A stretch of 53,182 bases of DNA, filler included, from Sphacelaria rigidula (GCA_964200075.2; 4 parts of 4 records of this genome joined end to end with filler, not necessarily neighbours in it); one strand, 5' to 3'; shown: positions 13,595 through 26,836, numbered from the whole stretch's first letter. A program made the numbers and translations. Notes: generated by a model not told the origin, from the sequence alone.

Positions 13595-14519
13595 CTTTCG
13601 CGCAGATGACCGCCCACGGCTCCCTCCGCCGCCTGCTCGCCTAACCCCTCTTTTGCTCTCCCGCGTCGCCACCCCTTCCCTCCCTCTATCATCCTCGACG
13701 TCCCGCTTCCTTTTTTCTCCGCCAGACGCCGCCTGTCCTGGCCTGCCCGCCGCAGCGCCACCCCCCCCGCCCGCCGAAACCGTAGTATCCCCATTTGGCC
13801 GCCTCGCTGGGGTTCCTGCTTGCTTGGGCACTAACGCGCTGTTTCCATCTCGACTACTACCACCGCCGCCATGACCTTCGCCGCAACCACGGCTGTCTGC
13901 CAGCTGTCTCGTGCCGGATGTGGCTTGTGGCGTCCTACGGGGCGTTGTTCTTCGCCGAGCGATGGCGGGGGAGGGTGATGCCATCGTTTGAATGTTATCC
14001 TCTGATTCGGTGCTGCTGCCGCTGTTGATGACGGGTTCGGAGTTGGGTTTGGCAGCAGCAGCCGAAGCAACGGCAGCGACGGCGGCGGCGAGTTGTTGAC
14101 TCGTGCTTTTGTTTTTGCCCTTGATGTCGGGGACACTGTCGTTGTTGCTGTTGTTGTTGCTACTGCAGCTATTCCCACCATTGCTATCGCCGTTGCTATC
14201 GCCGTTGCTATTGCCGTCGACATCGTCGTTGTTGGCGGTGGTAATGTTGCTGTTGTTGTCATCGTTGTTTTTGTTTTTGTTGTTCTTGTTGTTTTTGTTG
14301 CTGTCGTCGTCGTTGCTTCTTGGTGTTGTCGGCGCACCGCTCGTCGTCGTCGTAGTTGGCCTCGCCCTCGACGCCGTTACTATCGCGCTCTTCCTCCTTG
14401 TTTCATCTCCGCCTGTGGCTTTTTTCACCGTGTTCCTCGTCTTTGTCGTGAAGGGGGCGGATTCTGTTCGTTGTCGCTGCCGTCTGCGCCCCGCTAACCC
14501 GCTGTCCGCTTCTTCGACT
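13595..14519 (-). CDS. Probable large internal exon encoding a low-complexity (Asn/Ser/Gly/Thr/Ala/Arg-rich) disordered segment
   Basis: Frame open from just after the acceptor ..GTGACGCAG (14520) to the donor AAG|GTGTGC (13595/13594); includes a KRKR NLS-like motif. Confidence 0.6.
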
Positions 14520-17332
14520 CTGCGTCACACGAAAGTTGCACCGTGAGAATGGGTGCGTGATTATCATATTGTGGATTAAAACGTGTAAAAGTACTGCCGT
14601 AGATGCCAAGGTTGGATGGCGTCACACTCTAGTTCTGCTGGGCACGGAGGGGGTGGGGGGGTGGGGGGGGGGGGCGTTGTGGACGTCACACTGATGAAAG
14701 AGCTCGTAAAACTTTGAAGGCGGAAGAAACGAATAACTTGCGCATATCGCGGAGGCGTCACGGTGGGTGATCGGGGTAACCCGTCTTTTCGGAACAGAAA
14801 TTTGTAATGTTGTTTCACGTTGAAAATATTGGTGTCTGGCACTGTATCATGACGATACTACAGCTGGTTACAGCGAAAAAATGAAGAACATGACAAACTA
14901 CATCGTAGATGAGGGCCTACGGTAGTGGGGTACCGTAGAGACGTTGAATACGGTATATATAAAGTGTGAAATGCCGTTGAGGCCGAAAGACCCATACAAC
15001 CCGGAGATGATCTTCACGGGGGGGGGTAAAGAGCAACATACCACGGTAGGGTTTACTGTACTGTAGGTGCAGTGAAAATCTCAACATAGTGCAGTGGGTC
15101 GCCAGACCGGGATGACCCCTACTATACTAGAGATCAAGCACTATGATGACATACTGTAGTACAATCAATATCAAAACAGCGGATCGTAAGTGTGACACGT
15201 GATTTTAACCGCACGGTAGTGGTACCCGCACTGTAGTGGGACCCACACTGTACCGGTGTGCTGCGAGATATGATGAAATACTAATTCATCACCGGGGAAG
15301 AGGGGGCCCATGCAGTAGTGGGGTTTCCCAGGAATCACACACCAATAACCTTCAAATCGGGAAAAAACGGCAGGGGTGGGGGGGGGGGGGGGTGGGGGGG
15401 GATGGGGGTGCCACACATGATCATGCTATTCTCCACTATATCGTTGCTTGCAAGGAAATATGATGGCCTGGGTGCTGTCTGGGCTATGAAAAAACCGTTT
15501 TTGGCTTGAAAACTAATATCCAAATTTTGCCCAGTAAAGTTATATATGATGATCCCTGCCTTGGCGCTGTCTGGGCTGTGGTACACCCGCATTTGGGTCA
15601 GAAATAGCCGTGAGAAATCTGCTATGCCCTATTTTCTCGAAAAACTTCGTCGGAGTCACGGGGAGAGAGGGGGGGGGGGCGCAGGGCCGGGGGCGGGCTC
15701 CTGGGAGAAACGGTTCTACGCCCATTGCACGCCCCCCCATAATCCAGTCCCCCGGGATCAATTGTCGGTCCCAAAAACTCATAACCCCGCATCAATCATC
15801 GTCTACGGTAAATGGAAGCGAGAGATAATCTCGACCAGACCTTTGCCCTTTTTATGCTTCCGCATAATCCGCATAAATTATGCGTTCTTGTTTTTCGGTC
15901 TTGCACATTGAAATCAAGCAATTATAACGCCTCGGCGAGGTTTCCGCTTTAAAACTACCCCCATTAGAACAAGACGCATGATATTTCAAGAAAAAAACGC
16001 ATAATAGACAAAGGCCTGAACCCGACAGCAACCATCTGCTGGAGTCTACAAAATAAATCAAGACTAGGTCCACACGCGTCCCGCTCTGAATATGGTCGCG
16101 TTGTGATCAGCTACCTTAGCTACACGGATCACCACCGCCCCTTTCCTGGTCCAGAGGAAGGCAGCCTATGATTATATCGTACGTGACAAAGGACAGTATA
16201 CTGTATAAGCCACGGGCACGAACAACTGGGGTCTGAAAAATTCATTAACCAGGAAAGGTAAATGCGGGGGATCTTAAACAACGTCATACAGGTGCTGTAC
16301 AGTATTCCGGTACAGACAGTACTTACTGTACAGTAGATACCGAAGTGGTGCCAAAAAAACCCCAAAGGGGATGGTGTTCAGCGTACGTATGCTACTCTGT
16401 CTGTGTGGCAAGGGGTACAATACACCGCCTCCACACCCACGAAAATAGGAACAGCATCTGCGAAAAAAATTACGGTGTCGGAACAATTTGCGTATCCAGT
16501 GGGATGCAGAAGAATTCTTCACCGATTGACGGCGCCGGAGTTCCTGGCCGGTTCACAAAATGCAGCTGATACAGTAACATGGGATTCTTCTCTTGTTTTT
16601 TGGGGGGACGGGGGCGTACTGGACTCACTTTTAGATGGCGCCCATACCCTTAATGTGTTCGCTTTGAAAGAAACACCAACCCACTTTCGTAGAAATGTTG
16701 AAATTCTGTATCCGTGTGCTCGATGTATACTGCTGGTACTCGGCTTCTGCATTGTTTCCATTGCTGAACAAGGGTGTACTATAAAACACCTTGCAAACCG
16801 CACCCACGCTCCGAACCCATCTAAAGCCAGGGAATATAGGTCGCTTGGCAAGCAACCGTTAACAACACCCCGGAGAACAGTCTGCAGCACAATTACATGT
16901 TGTACGTACAGTCCCCCAACATCGACTGGGGAGTCTACTTGTTGGTACTATCAATATTATAACGGAAGGGGGTTCACAGTTGCGGGATACTGCTGGTGCC
17001 GCACAGACAGCTAAAACTCTCCGTAAAACAAGTACAGAGATAAGTACCGTACAGCACCGTACAGTGCAGTGTGCTAGCCAGCACAGTGCAAAACCGTACA
17101 ACACGGACAGTAACAGCAAAGCTGTGGATTGTTTTTGCTTGTTCGGACAGTTCCATCATCACGATCAAACGACGCAAACCCCCAAAAACCGCCAAAAACG
17201 AATTCGTATCAACACATACATGCAACGAACACGCAAGGGACGGAGGGAGGGAGGGCAGACGACATAAGGCGCCGACAGTCGTAAACAACGCCGACAACAC
17301 CAACAACACAAGCAGCTTCCTCCCTTCCTCAC

Positions 17333-17742
17333 GTGGCATGATAGCGTGAACCATTCCTCGCCACCGCTCCCCGAGTCGCTGCCGCCGCATCACCCTCGCC
17401 ACGACGCACCTGCCGTTCGGGCCGTCGATTTCCATTGCTTTTGTCAGCCACACCGCCGGCCGACTCCCCCACACCTGTCTCCGCGCGTTTAGGCTTAGAA
17501 GCGGGCGTGACTGAAGTGATATCGAACACGTCTTCGTAGCTGAACGTCGCTAGTTCGTCCATGTTTCGGTCACCGTCGCTGCTGACGTTGAGGTTGTTGG
17601 CCGTGTTGCCTCGTTGAATGGCCTCGAATTGCACCTTGCTAACTGATGCAGCCGACCTGGTCGGTGTCGGCGTCCCGACGGCCTTACGTATGCCGCCCCT
17701 CTTCCCACTGGGATTGTTGCTCTTGTTGCCTCTCGTGCTCAT
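17333..17742 (-). CDS. Probable first coding exon of an unknown gene (MSTRGNKSNNPSGKRGG...), possibly the same gene as 13595-14519
   Basis: ATG at 17742, GC-rich coding-like composition, candidate donors ACAG|GTGTGG (17475) and CAC|GTGAGG (17333). Confidence 0.5.
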
Positions 17743-18426
17743 GATTTTCGACCCGATGTTGCACTCAACGAACTGTACTTTCTGTACGGGTCGAATATGA
17801 TTTCGTGTTACGGCACACGATGCCGTGTGTCGAAGTGAAGCACACGAATTTACTGGGCGCTTCGCTTGTTCCTCACCCTAACAGTTTCTGCTAGTAATCC
17901 TCCCTGGTGTGTGTAGCAGAGCACGCTTGACTACCCTAGACCTGGCCGGTCTTGCAACAAACACCAAACGGCTGCAACACCTGACCTCCGTCTAGGGTGC
18001 TTTTTTGAAATTGGAGTGCCCTTCTGTTGCTCCTCCCCGAACCCCACCTGTCCTATGTATCAAGCCTCTTTTCCTGACACCTGGGTCGAACGCCAGCGAC
18101 AGCGCCAGCGATGGTTAACGTAGAAAAGAACAGTCGTGAACCTGGTATAGTTGTCTCCAGCTAGCCGATTCCCGCTGACTGGGCTCAGCAACACCTTCCT
18201 GCTTCTTACTCCCGGAGCTAGCCGAGGCAGTAAGAAAGGAAAATCATGAATGGTCAATGAAGATCCAGGGTTATGTTACCCACAGTGAGGGTACCTACAT
18301 TCTTGTATAGAAAAGCCCAACGGTGACTTCTGCTCCCCTGCGCAGCGCACGCACACACCCCACCGTGGCAGCCGTAACAAGAGCAACAGCAACTAAATCG
18401 TCCGCATACGCCTATTCTTCAATATC

Positions 18427-18429
18427 ATG
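18427..18429 (+). CDS. MAD2: Putative first coding exon of MAD2, contributing only the ATG
   Basis: ATC-ATG|GTGAGT consensus donor; a phase-0 join to 22117 gives M-PSTAQSS.. Confidence 0.5.
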
Positions 18430-21400
18430 GTGAGTGATGATGACCGTGCGCTTTTTCAGTACAAGATTCTCGATGCCCTGAAAATCATCTCGTTCGATGT
18501 CGCCGGTCGCTTGACAGCCATTTTTCGGCGCCAATCTCACCCATGCTCTGTCGGTTGGTTCTGGCGCCAACGCTAGCTGGGGCTATGGAGAGCCTGTGCA
18601 GCGGCTATTGCACGTAGTGGAGAGGCCAGATGGTCCATAGGGAGGGTGCATGAGTAATCTGTGCTAAAACCTCGCGCTTTACCTGCATAGGTGTACGAGC
18701 TGTTCAAGCATACGCCGCAGATATGAATGCTGTGCCCCACATGCTGGTCAGCTGGTCCGTGCTCCCAGTTTACCCCGCCTACGACCAGAGTACTCTGAAA
18801 AGAACAAACTGCGCAGACAACACCAAGCATCCAACGTGCGCAATGCAGGAACACTCTTGAAGCCTGGATACTGATGCTGTGTAGATCGTACTTGGCAAGC
18901 CCTGTAGTACAGTACTGTAAGCTTTTGCGTTTTTTTCTTGGCACGAGCCTCCACATTCCACCACAGCTTGGCGTCGCTGTGTTCGAAAAACTTGGCCTGC
19001 TCAATTTCGTACTGTGCAGTAGTACAGTACATGAACAGTGGGGTAGGTGAGGCTGCTCGCTTTCCTGGAGGAATGGACGATCCTTGCTTCCAAGGAAACA
19101 ATTGATGCCGGCGTAATGATGTAAATCCGCTGATGGATGAGGGTCAGGTTTCGGTCTGACGTCAGGCGCTCGGGACTCCTTCTCGGCTGGCTACTCGAGA
19201 GGATTTCGGAACAATTCTGCATTCATCCAAGTGTGGCTACATGGTTTTATACCACTTGATATAGGTAAACTATTTTCGCGGCAACGGCTTGGCTCATACC
19301 ATGAGAAGGTCAAGTACAGTCAGGAGCGGGAAGTAGACATCTTATGTGAAAACACGACTTGGCCGTAGCTGAGGCGGCGTTCCCTCTCTAAGGTCGAAAG
19401 CTTCATACTATCAGAAGCTCTCGCCAATACAGATACCCGTCTCCACCTGGTGATGTTCACTCAACCTCCTTCGGTCTTCAATCACCTTTGCACATCCTGT
19501 AACGGTAAACACATGTTTTTTCTCACGATTCTCGACAGCAGCAACGGAAGAGCAGGATTGGCAGATATCGTCGAAAAATCTGACCATCACTCAACTTCGG
19601 AGCATAAACTTGCTCATGAACCTCATACGATCTTCGAACCCAAATCTAACTGTGATCGTTCCAATTGGTCGCCATTCATTTTCCGTCGATTTTCGGAACA
19701 ACCGTGAAACCAACGTATTTCGCTCTGTGGAAATAGTGCATCGTACGCAACAAGGATGCCAGGCGGGAAAACCGTGGCTCAAAATTCTTGTACGGAAATC
19801 GCTCCCTGAGTGGGTCTATAATTTTGCTCGGCGTCGTACGGTGTATCGTGGTTTCCTTTTTTTTTCACTGTAACCACGAGGCGATCAGCATCGCGGCGGC
19901 AGAGCGGGTCTACACCGTACGACGTCCTACCATGAATGGAAACGGCCCGAACGCCTCGAGGAGAACCTTGAAAACTGCCGAATGCCGAGTGTTTCTTTGA
20001 AACTCCAGCGTAGAATGAACTGCAAAGCGAGGATCACGTACAAAAAAACTCTGCCTTTTTTCTCCTGCAAACACCCCGAAAACGTACATGCTTGTTTTTC
20101 CTTTTGTAGTACATACGTTATGTGGAAATGGATGGGCTAGTTACCTGGCAGAGGAATTTCCTACACGGTTTTCGGCCGCGCCATATACAGCACCGGCGAG
20201 GTCTGATCATGATTGGATTTTTTCTCGATATTCACGGTTTTAGCCGAGAACATGCCGTTTAGGTCTTCCTTCGCACGTGCGCTGCACAATGAGCGAAAGA
20301 AGAGCGTGCAGGATGGTACTCGGCAGATGTGTGACGCTCCGCGTATTCCACCAGAGCTCAGCTGTCCTCTCTGAAGTGGCCGGAAACGGGCGTTATATGT
20401 ACAGTGGTTCGTCTCAACCTCCCCTGAGGCGTCACTATTTTTCGTCCAAAAGTCTCTGATTTTGGCCACTTCGATTCCGTGCCTCGATCACTTCTGCACT
20501 GCACCTTTTCGTGTCCGTCGTAGATTCGAACGAACCGCGGAGTACGAATAATCGTCAGCATCGGACCGGTCGTGGCCGCGTCGGACACGTAGTCAAAGTT
20601 TTGCCCTTGAACCGCCGACGATGGTACACATGAGAAACGGGCATTATATCCAGTCACTTTTTCAAGTGGAAGTGGTGCCGATTCCAGAAACGGAGCACCG
20701 CCGGCGGTCACAGGGTTATCGATGCTGCGTGTATGGGTGCGCCTTCGTGTACTCGTACAGATGATCCCCCCGACCTTCGTCAGCAACACGCCTCGCGGTA
20801 CGTGTAGTCCATCCTCACCCTCACTCGCAGCAAACACCGACCTGCACCTCCATCAGTGGGCACGAGCGGGCACAACCCCCATGAGGCGGAAACACACTCA
20901 CAGCTGTGGGTTTCAATATCAACACCCCACAGATCTCGCGTAGCAATGACTGCAGCTTCGCGGCTGCACCCGCTTCCTGTTCTTGGCGGAATCCTCCTGC
21001 CTGTACACGCGCCTCAATATGCGTCAGGTGAATATATATATATATATATATACCTTCTCCGGAAAAGGCCGCTTTTCATGTAGGTTGGTTGCGTCTGAAG
21101 GCCCTCCTTGACGCTGTCAAGGCGTGTTCATGGTGCTGGTAGGAAGTACGACAACGTGGCACTCGTACCGATTAGTTTCCGTGCACGTGTATTGCTGAGG
21201 TCGATTTACCGCGCAAAAATTGCCATGGTCATATTTTACTTCGCGGGTCGCGTCCATGCACCATCACCACAGATAATGACCGTGGGCGTATCTATCTCAC
21301 CGCTATGCAAGGATAGAAGCGTGGGATCTTCATTGTTATGGTGGATGATCTTCTCGTACTTCGTGACGATGCTAAGGTAGCGGGTAATCATCCCATTTCA

Positions 21401-22116
21401 GTTTTTTTTAGCTTGAAAAGTTTCAAGGGAAGCCCTGACGAACGCTTGTGCGACATGTGCTAAATGTAGTGGTTTGTTGGTACGCCTACAACCCTGATTC
21501 CCACTGCCAGATGGGCCAACCCCTGGCTGCTGTGCCTGCTCAACTCTAGCCTCAAATGTAGTTTCTACGAGCGCTGCCGATAAACACAGTGAAGGTCCCG
21601 CTATAAGGTGGTCCATGTTCATGCATGGTGAAGGCGGTCGACGTTGGCCTGCAAGTTTTTGATATCCAGTACATAAGTTATTGATTATCACACATGAAAT
21701 GGCCCTCAAGAGATCCAGCCGTGGTCGCACGGTAGATGAAATGTCTGCGGTAGACAAACCCACGGTAACCGCAACGGACATACTCGATAAAGACAAAAGA
21801 GGATGACGGGAGAGGGTCGGTGCGAAAACATACAACCAGCGGAATGAGCCGAAGAAGAAAAGATATGGAAAACAGAGTCTAAACAAGATGAAGAAAACTA
21901 AGCGAAGAAATATACATTTTCTCTCATTGTTATTCATCTTTTTGACGGTACGCACGTGCTTCGCACCAGACACCCACAGCTGCGAAACAACACACTGCAC
22001 TCTTCAATTTGTGCATGAAAGAGCGCGATAACCATTTGCCGTCCCTGCTCCTTGTCACTCCCTGCATACATGTATGTGCACATGCATCGTCGGTCCTTTG
22101 ATTGTCTCTCTTGCAG

Positions 22117-22211
22117 CCTTCCACAGCACAGAGTTCGGCCACAGAGAATGTGGTGACCCTGAGGGGCTCGACCGAGGTCGTGGCAGACTTTTTCTTCGAC
22201 GCCGTCAACAG
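22117..22211 (+). CDS. MAD2: Mitotic spindle checkpoint protein MAD2 (HORMA domain), N-terminal exon; rest of gene not seen in this contig
   Basis: PSTAQSSATENVVTLRGSTEVVADFFFDAVN matches the MAD2 N-terminal motif ITLRGSAEIVAEFF..GINS; acceptor TCTCTTGCAG; donor AACAG|GCAAGC. Confidence 0.8.
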
Positions 22212-22942
22212 GCAAGCAAATAATCAAAATACCAAGCAGGACATCACGATAACTTGTTTGCGGGACTTATGTACAGCGTATTGTGCTGTACACGTGGGTA
22301 CATGAACCTTACAGTGAAGAGTCCTCTAAAAATGTGAGTGCGATGTCATCGTGACTTGGCCCATTATATGCAGCGGCATTCCCTACGCCAAAGATCTCGG
22401 AATATCTCTCGCCAGTCTATGAAGAGTCGAATCTGAAGGATTGTCCTCGTTTTGTCATCTCCCTCGTCAAGGGATAGAGGGAAAATAGTCATGATATTGC
22501 ATGCCATAGTCATCTGAGCATTGACCTCGTTTCCCTACAAAGCCTGGGGAGGGGGGGGGGGGGGTTGTTGGAGTTGTGGGCTGCCCTTTCCTCGTCGAAA
22601 TTGGCTACTTCTTTCATTTTTGTAGGCTGGTGTCATGACTGCGTTGCCTGGATCCACACACTCGGATCTTGAGTCTTGGAGGTTGACGTTGCAGGCCGAC
22701 GTTCAGTCAACTTTCTGTGTGCTGTCAAACGATTTCGTGTATACATGGCGCTCATCGTAGTTTGGATGTGCTCTATTTCTTTTGTCATACCTTTTCATAT
22801 TTGTTTCTTATCTTAGTCCTCATCATTCTCCGCTTGTTTCTTCTCCCTCCTTGCTTCATTATTTTTTCGTTTTTCATTTTCTGGTTTTGGTTTTTGTTCC
22901 TCAATGTACTCCTTCTGTTTGTTCCATGAACGTACATAAATA

Positions 22943-24831
22943 CTTCCTCTGTCCCATAAGTAAAGGTACCTACATTTGTACGGACCCTTAGCGATGTCCG
23001 ATCGTTTGTTTGTTTTTTATGAACTTCACGGTGATTCTTGGGTTGAGAAAATGTGTTCGATATTTGAAGCTCATGCTTGAAACATGCCGCCGAACGGCTG
23101 CAAAAAAAGTAATCGGGCCATAAATGGCCGTTTTTCGCCCCTTTCCGTGGGGAAAAAAAGTGTCGATTTTTTTTCTCGTGATTTTTTTTTGATCGCCCCC
23201 GCCTCCACTTCGGGCTTGATGCCAGGAAGTCTCACGCCTTCGCAAAGGCCTCCTGATAATATTGCACCACCCTTTCCAATGTCCCCGCCCTCTGGCGCGC
23301 CCTAACCCCGGTGTGCTCCACACTAAAGTCGTTATCGCCCATCTTACTACGGAGTGTTTCGTTATAAGCTTTGAAAAACCTTTGCCACACCCTTTCTAAC
23401 GTATCACTATCGTACTCCTCGTAGTGCTGGAAGATAGTCTCTACCAACTCGTCTACTGTACTCGAATTCATCCCGCACACCCTTGACTTGAGAGATGCAA
23501 AGAAACTCAAGTCATTAATATTTAAATCAGGCGACTGGAAAGGCTGGGTCACAAGCTCTACCAACCACCCCTGCCCCATCCCTGCTGAATTAAGAATCTC
23601 CGGATTGTTTTTCCCAGTGTGGGGGCTCGCGCCGTCCTGCTGCACTACCACGCGCTTCGAACGCTGCCACGGCATCTTCTTCATCGCAGGCAGAAGTTGG
23701 GCGATGTACCTCTCCTCGTACCACTCCGCGTCGATGGTGCAGTCGAACTCGTACTCTTCCCCCCTCTTCCTCCTCTTGGAGGATCGCTCGGCGGTTTTTA
23801 TGACACAAATGCGCCAGATGCCGATCTTGCCGTCGAAGTCGTGGGTCGGGTCCGGCCTGGCGGTCGCCACTATGACCATGATCTTTGGGAGGTGACTCTT
23901 GTGTTGAACGCGGGGAGACCCGGGAATTTTCTCGCCCGGAAAGATTCTGATCTTCTCCTTGTTCCTCAGAAGGAAGAACCAGCTTTAGTCCAAGTGGACG
24001 ACGTTTCCCTGGTCCAGGTATTCCCCGATTGTCTCGTCCACCTGATCGCAGATGAAGTTGATTCGGTGCTTCTGGGCTGGGGAAAGGGAAGGTTTGATGC
24101 GGCGAGCCACCTTTGCTGCCCCCTCTTTCAAAAACCAACGCCTCGCGGTTTCTGTGCCGTAGGCTAGCCCGATGTCCTTCAACTGATCAGACACTTGTCT
24201 GAGCGTAAATGACCGATTCTGCGTGTTGACCTTCCTCAGCGCCGCGACCTTTGTTGGAGTGAGAAGTGAGGGCCGCCCAGCCCTTTTGATGTTCGAAAGG
24301 TCGAGCTCCTGGGTTACGTCGATCTGGTCTTTGACCTTTTTCCACAGTTTGAATGGGTACTTCCTTCCAACACCGTAGCGTTCGCAGATCGGGTCAAGCA
24401 CGCCCTTGGGAATCCTTGTCGATTCTGGCTGAACGCCCATAGCACTCTCTATCGCCGTTGCGTAGCGGCGACCCAAAGATAGTTCGGGGCCCTTTCGGCG
24501 AATTGGGGGTGTGCAGGGGGGCGAGTCCATTTCGAGGGTAGATAGTGGACCGGTAGGGTACTAGACTGGGACGTTTTGAGACAAAAATCCGATTTCTCAA
24601 ATATTTCGAAACAAGTCTGAAAACAAATATCGTGATACTTCCAGAATATGGCCAAAATCGAGTATATTGTGACCCATTTTTAGTACAAGAAGACAGCTTC
24701 CGTTTTTGTTTTCGACTAGCTTCGTCTGAGCTTTACCTTTCTAACGAACCCAACCACAACATCGTCACCACCACTGGCATACCTAAACAATGTTTTGCCG
24801 TTAGGTACCTTTACTCATGGGACAGAGGAAG
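22943..24831 (-). mobile_element. Full-length Tc1/mariner transposon of the plant-mariner (DD39D-like) type
   Basis: 30-bp TIRs CTTCCTCTGTCCCAT(A/G)AGTAAAGGTACCTA at 22943-22972 and 24802-24831 (1 mismatch); TA target duplication at 22941-42 and 24832-33; internal transposase. Confidence 0.95.
23232..24530 (-). pseudogene. Mariner transposase (~432 codons) with a single in-frame stop
   Basis: GRPS linker, HLD*SWF (cf. HIDEKWF; TAA at 23987-23985), QQDGASPH, QSPDLNINDLSFF; ORFs 24530-23985 and 23879-23232 are in the same frame. Confidence 0.93.
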
Positions 24832-25725
24832 TAGGTTGTTTTCGGTAATGACGCTACGAGCTGAGCTAGTCTGAAGCTTTTTTGGGCGGTAGACCACCTT
24901 TGCACGGCCCGTCCAAAAGTCGAAAGCTGAAACTTGAGGGGTACTCCTCGATAACCTCACCGTGTTAAGACCACCGGCATGCTAGTAATTGTGGCATTTC
25001 CTACGATCAGATTTCGAGTATAGGACCGAGGCGAACAAGCAAGTACAGCATGTAGAAATTAGTTGCATTGCGTAAACACAGAAAAGGTGAGAGGTCCGCT
25101 TCTAGCCAACCGTTCTCCATATATGTTGAACCGTGGACTGAAACTGGATGGTGTCACCTCTTATGGGAAAGTAAACCGAACACATGCATCAATTGGGCTG
25201 GGAACTGGACTAGTTAAGATTGTCTATTTTCACTGAAACTTGCAGCCGAAAGATACCAAGCCGCAGTTTTCAGTATAATCGCATGCATGATTGGAGCAGT
25301 GGCAGGGGACAGGGGATCCTGGTTTGATGGCCCTTATCTGTGTGACCCCTTGCGTCTGGCTCATGATGTGGTGTATTTCTGGATCACTCCGCAATAAAAA
25401 AAGTTAGATGAAAGGATTTGTCGACCACGGGGCTAGTGCTACTGGAGGAGTCCCTCGTGGATAGTCCTCTTATCCAGATCGTCTGGCAGAGGCTACAGTA
25501 TCTAGGTATTTTTCTTCCGGCACTGTGTGAAAGGAATTTGGCTGAGGAGAAAGTGGGCTGCTGAAGGAAGCCAGTTTAGTCCGCAGGCAGAGAGACAACT
25601 TGAAGCGACCAGCAGAAGGGCACGTTCCGCGGGCTGGAGGACTCACAAGTCAGGCAAGAGTCTCTCAGTGAAGTGTTGAATCCTACTCGACATAGCTCAT
25701 GCGGCGGCAGCACCGCTAGTCTTAG

Positions 25726-26184
25726 GTGCCGTTAGAACCGCTTAAGTTTGGCGAAGTGTGGACAGAGGAGGCACCACGCGTTTTTTCCGCAGGATATCTT
25801 GACTATCTAGAAAGGTTGCATCTGGCTAATGCAACACGAGTCGTAGAGCATACCAGGGTGAGCATCGGAAAACTCATCCCGACCTATATTCACCGGTGCT
25901 TCGAAGATATGTACAAGGATCGTCAGTCTATGAACCCCGACGAATTACAAGATGCTGTGCAGCAGTATGCCGGGTACACTACAACCGGCGGCAAGCATAA
26001 CGCTGCGCGGGCTGCAGTATATCTGCGTAGAGTGCCTACTATGCAACAAAGAGATGGAAGGTCCGTGAAGGATCGTGCGATGATGGCCACTTCAGCAATG
26101 GAAACGTTTTTCACAAACCTGACGGTGCAGGCCATGTACCGTGCGGAGGACAGGATTGAACACCGCCACCATCAAATTCGATGA
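25726..26184 (+). CDS. Unassigned 152-codon open frame (possible exon or TE-derived)
   Basis: Protein-like composition, preceded by TTAG|GTG; no recognisable motif. Confidence 0.25.
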   Translation: MPLEPLKFGEVWTEEAPRVFSAGYLDYLERLHLANATRVVEHTRVSIGKLIPTYIHRCFEDMYKDRQSMNPDELQDAVQQYAGYTTTGGKHNAARAAVYLRRVPTMQQRDGRSVKDRAMMATSAMETFFTNLTVQAMYRAEDRIEHRHHQIR

Positions 26185-26545
26185 CCTGCACCTTGCTAGT
26201 TGGTACCACTGGTGGCGCAGATGAAGCGCCCCCACTCAATCCACCACTCATGTCTAGGAATCATCCACCCTGACGGTCTGCATTGCTTTCCATGTTTCAC
26301 TTCTCCACTCAACGGTACCCCGTAACCCGTCAGCGTACGATATATGAAAAATATATTTCAATGGGTGTAGGGTTTTGAGTAAACGAGGGGGTTTGATTGA
26401 TGGGGGTTAGGGAACAAATGTAAGTTATCAGACTGCGTAGGGATTGAATCAATAATCAATTTTCATACCTCCCCCGGACATATACAACAGTGTTTTCGTG
26501 AGATTGAGAGTAGATGATACGATTGAGAGTGGCTTTGATCCTTCG

Positions 26546-26645
26546 NNNNNNNNNNNNNNNNNNNNNNNNNNNNNNNNNNNNNNNNNNNNTTAATTAATTA
26601 ANNNNNNNNNNNNNNNNNNNNNNNNNNNNNNNNNNNNNNNNNNNN
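26546..26645. other. Artificial contig-joining linker N44-TTAATTAATTAA-N44
   Basis: Same structure as 13225-13324. Confidence 0.97.
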
Positions 26646-26836
26646 CGCCAGGTGATATTTTACCGAAAGTAGGTCTGCCGTCAAAGGGAATGTAAAGGTT
26701 GGCGCGAACATATACCATGGCTAAATATGTCATGAACGATTCTGCGTACTTCGATCACATATGACGGGCCCCTGAAATGTTTCACGTCGCTTGATCTCTC
26801 GTTTGTTTGGTTCTTCTTCTCTTCGTTGCAAAGCAG

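Noticed and set aside
20358..22000. 159-aa and 200-aa minus-strand ORFs in MAD2 intron 1
   Set aside because: No recognisable domain or consistent splice structure; likely decayed repeats
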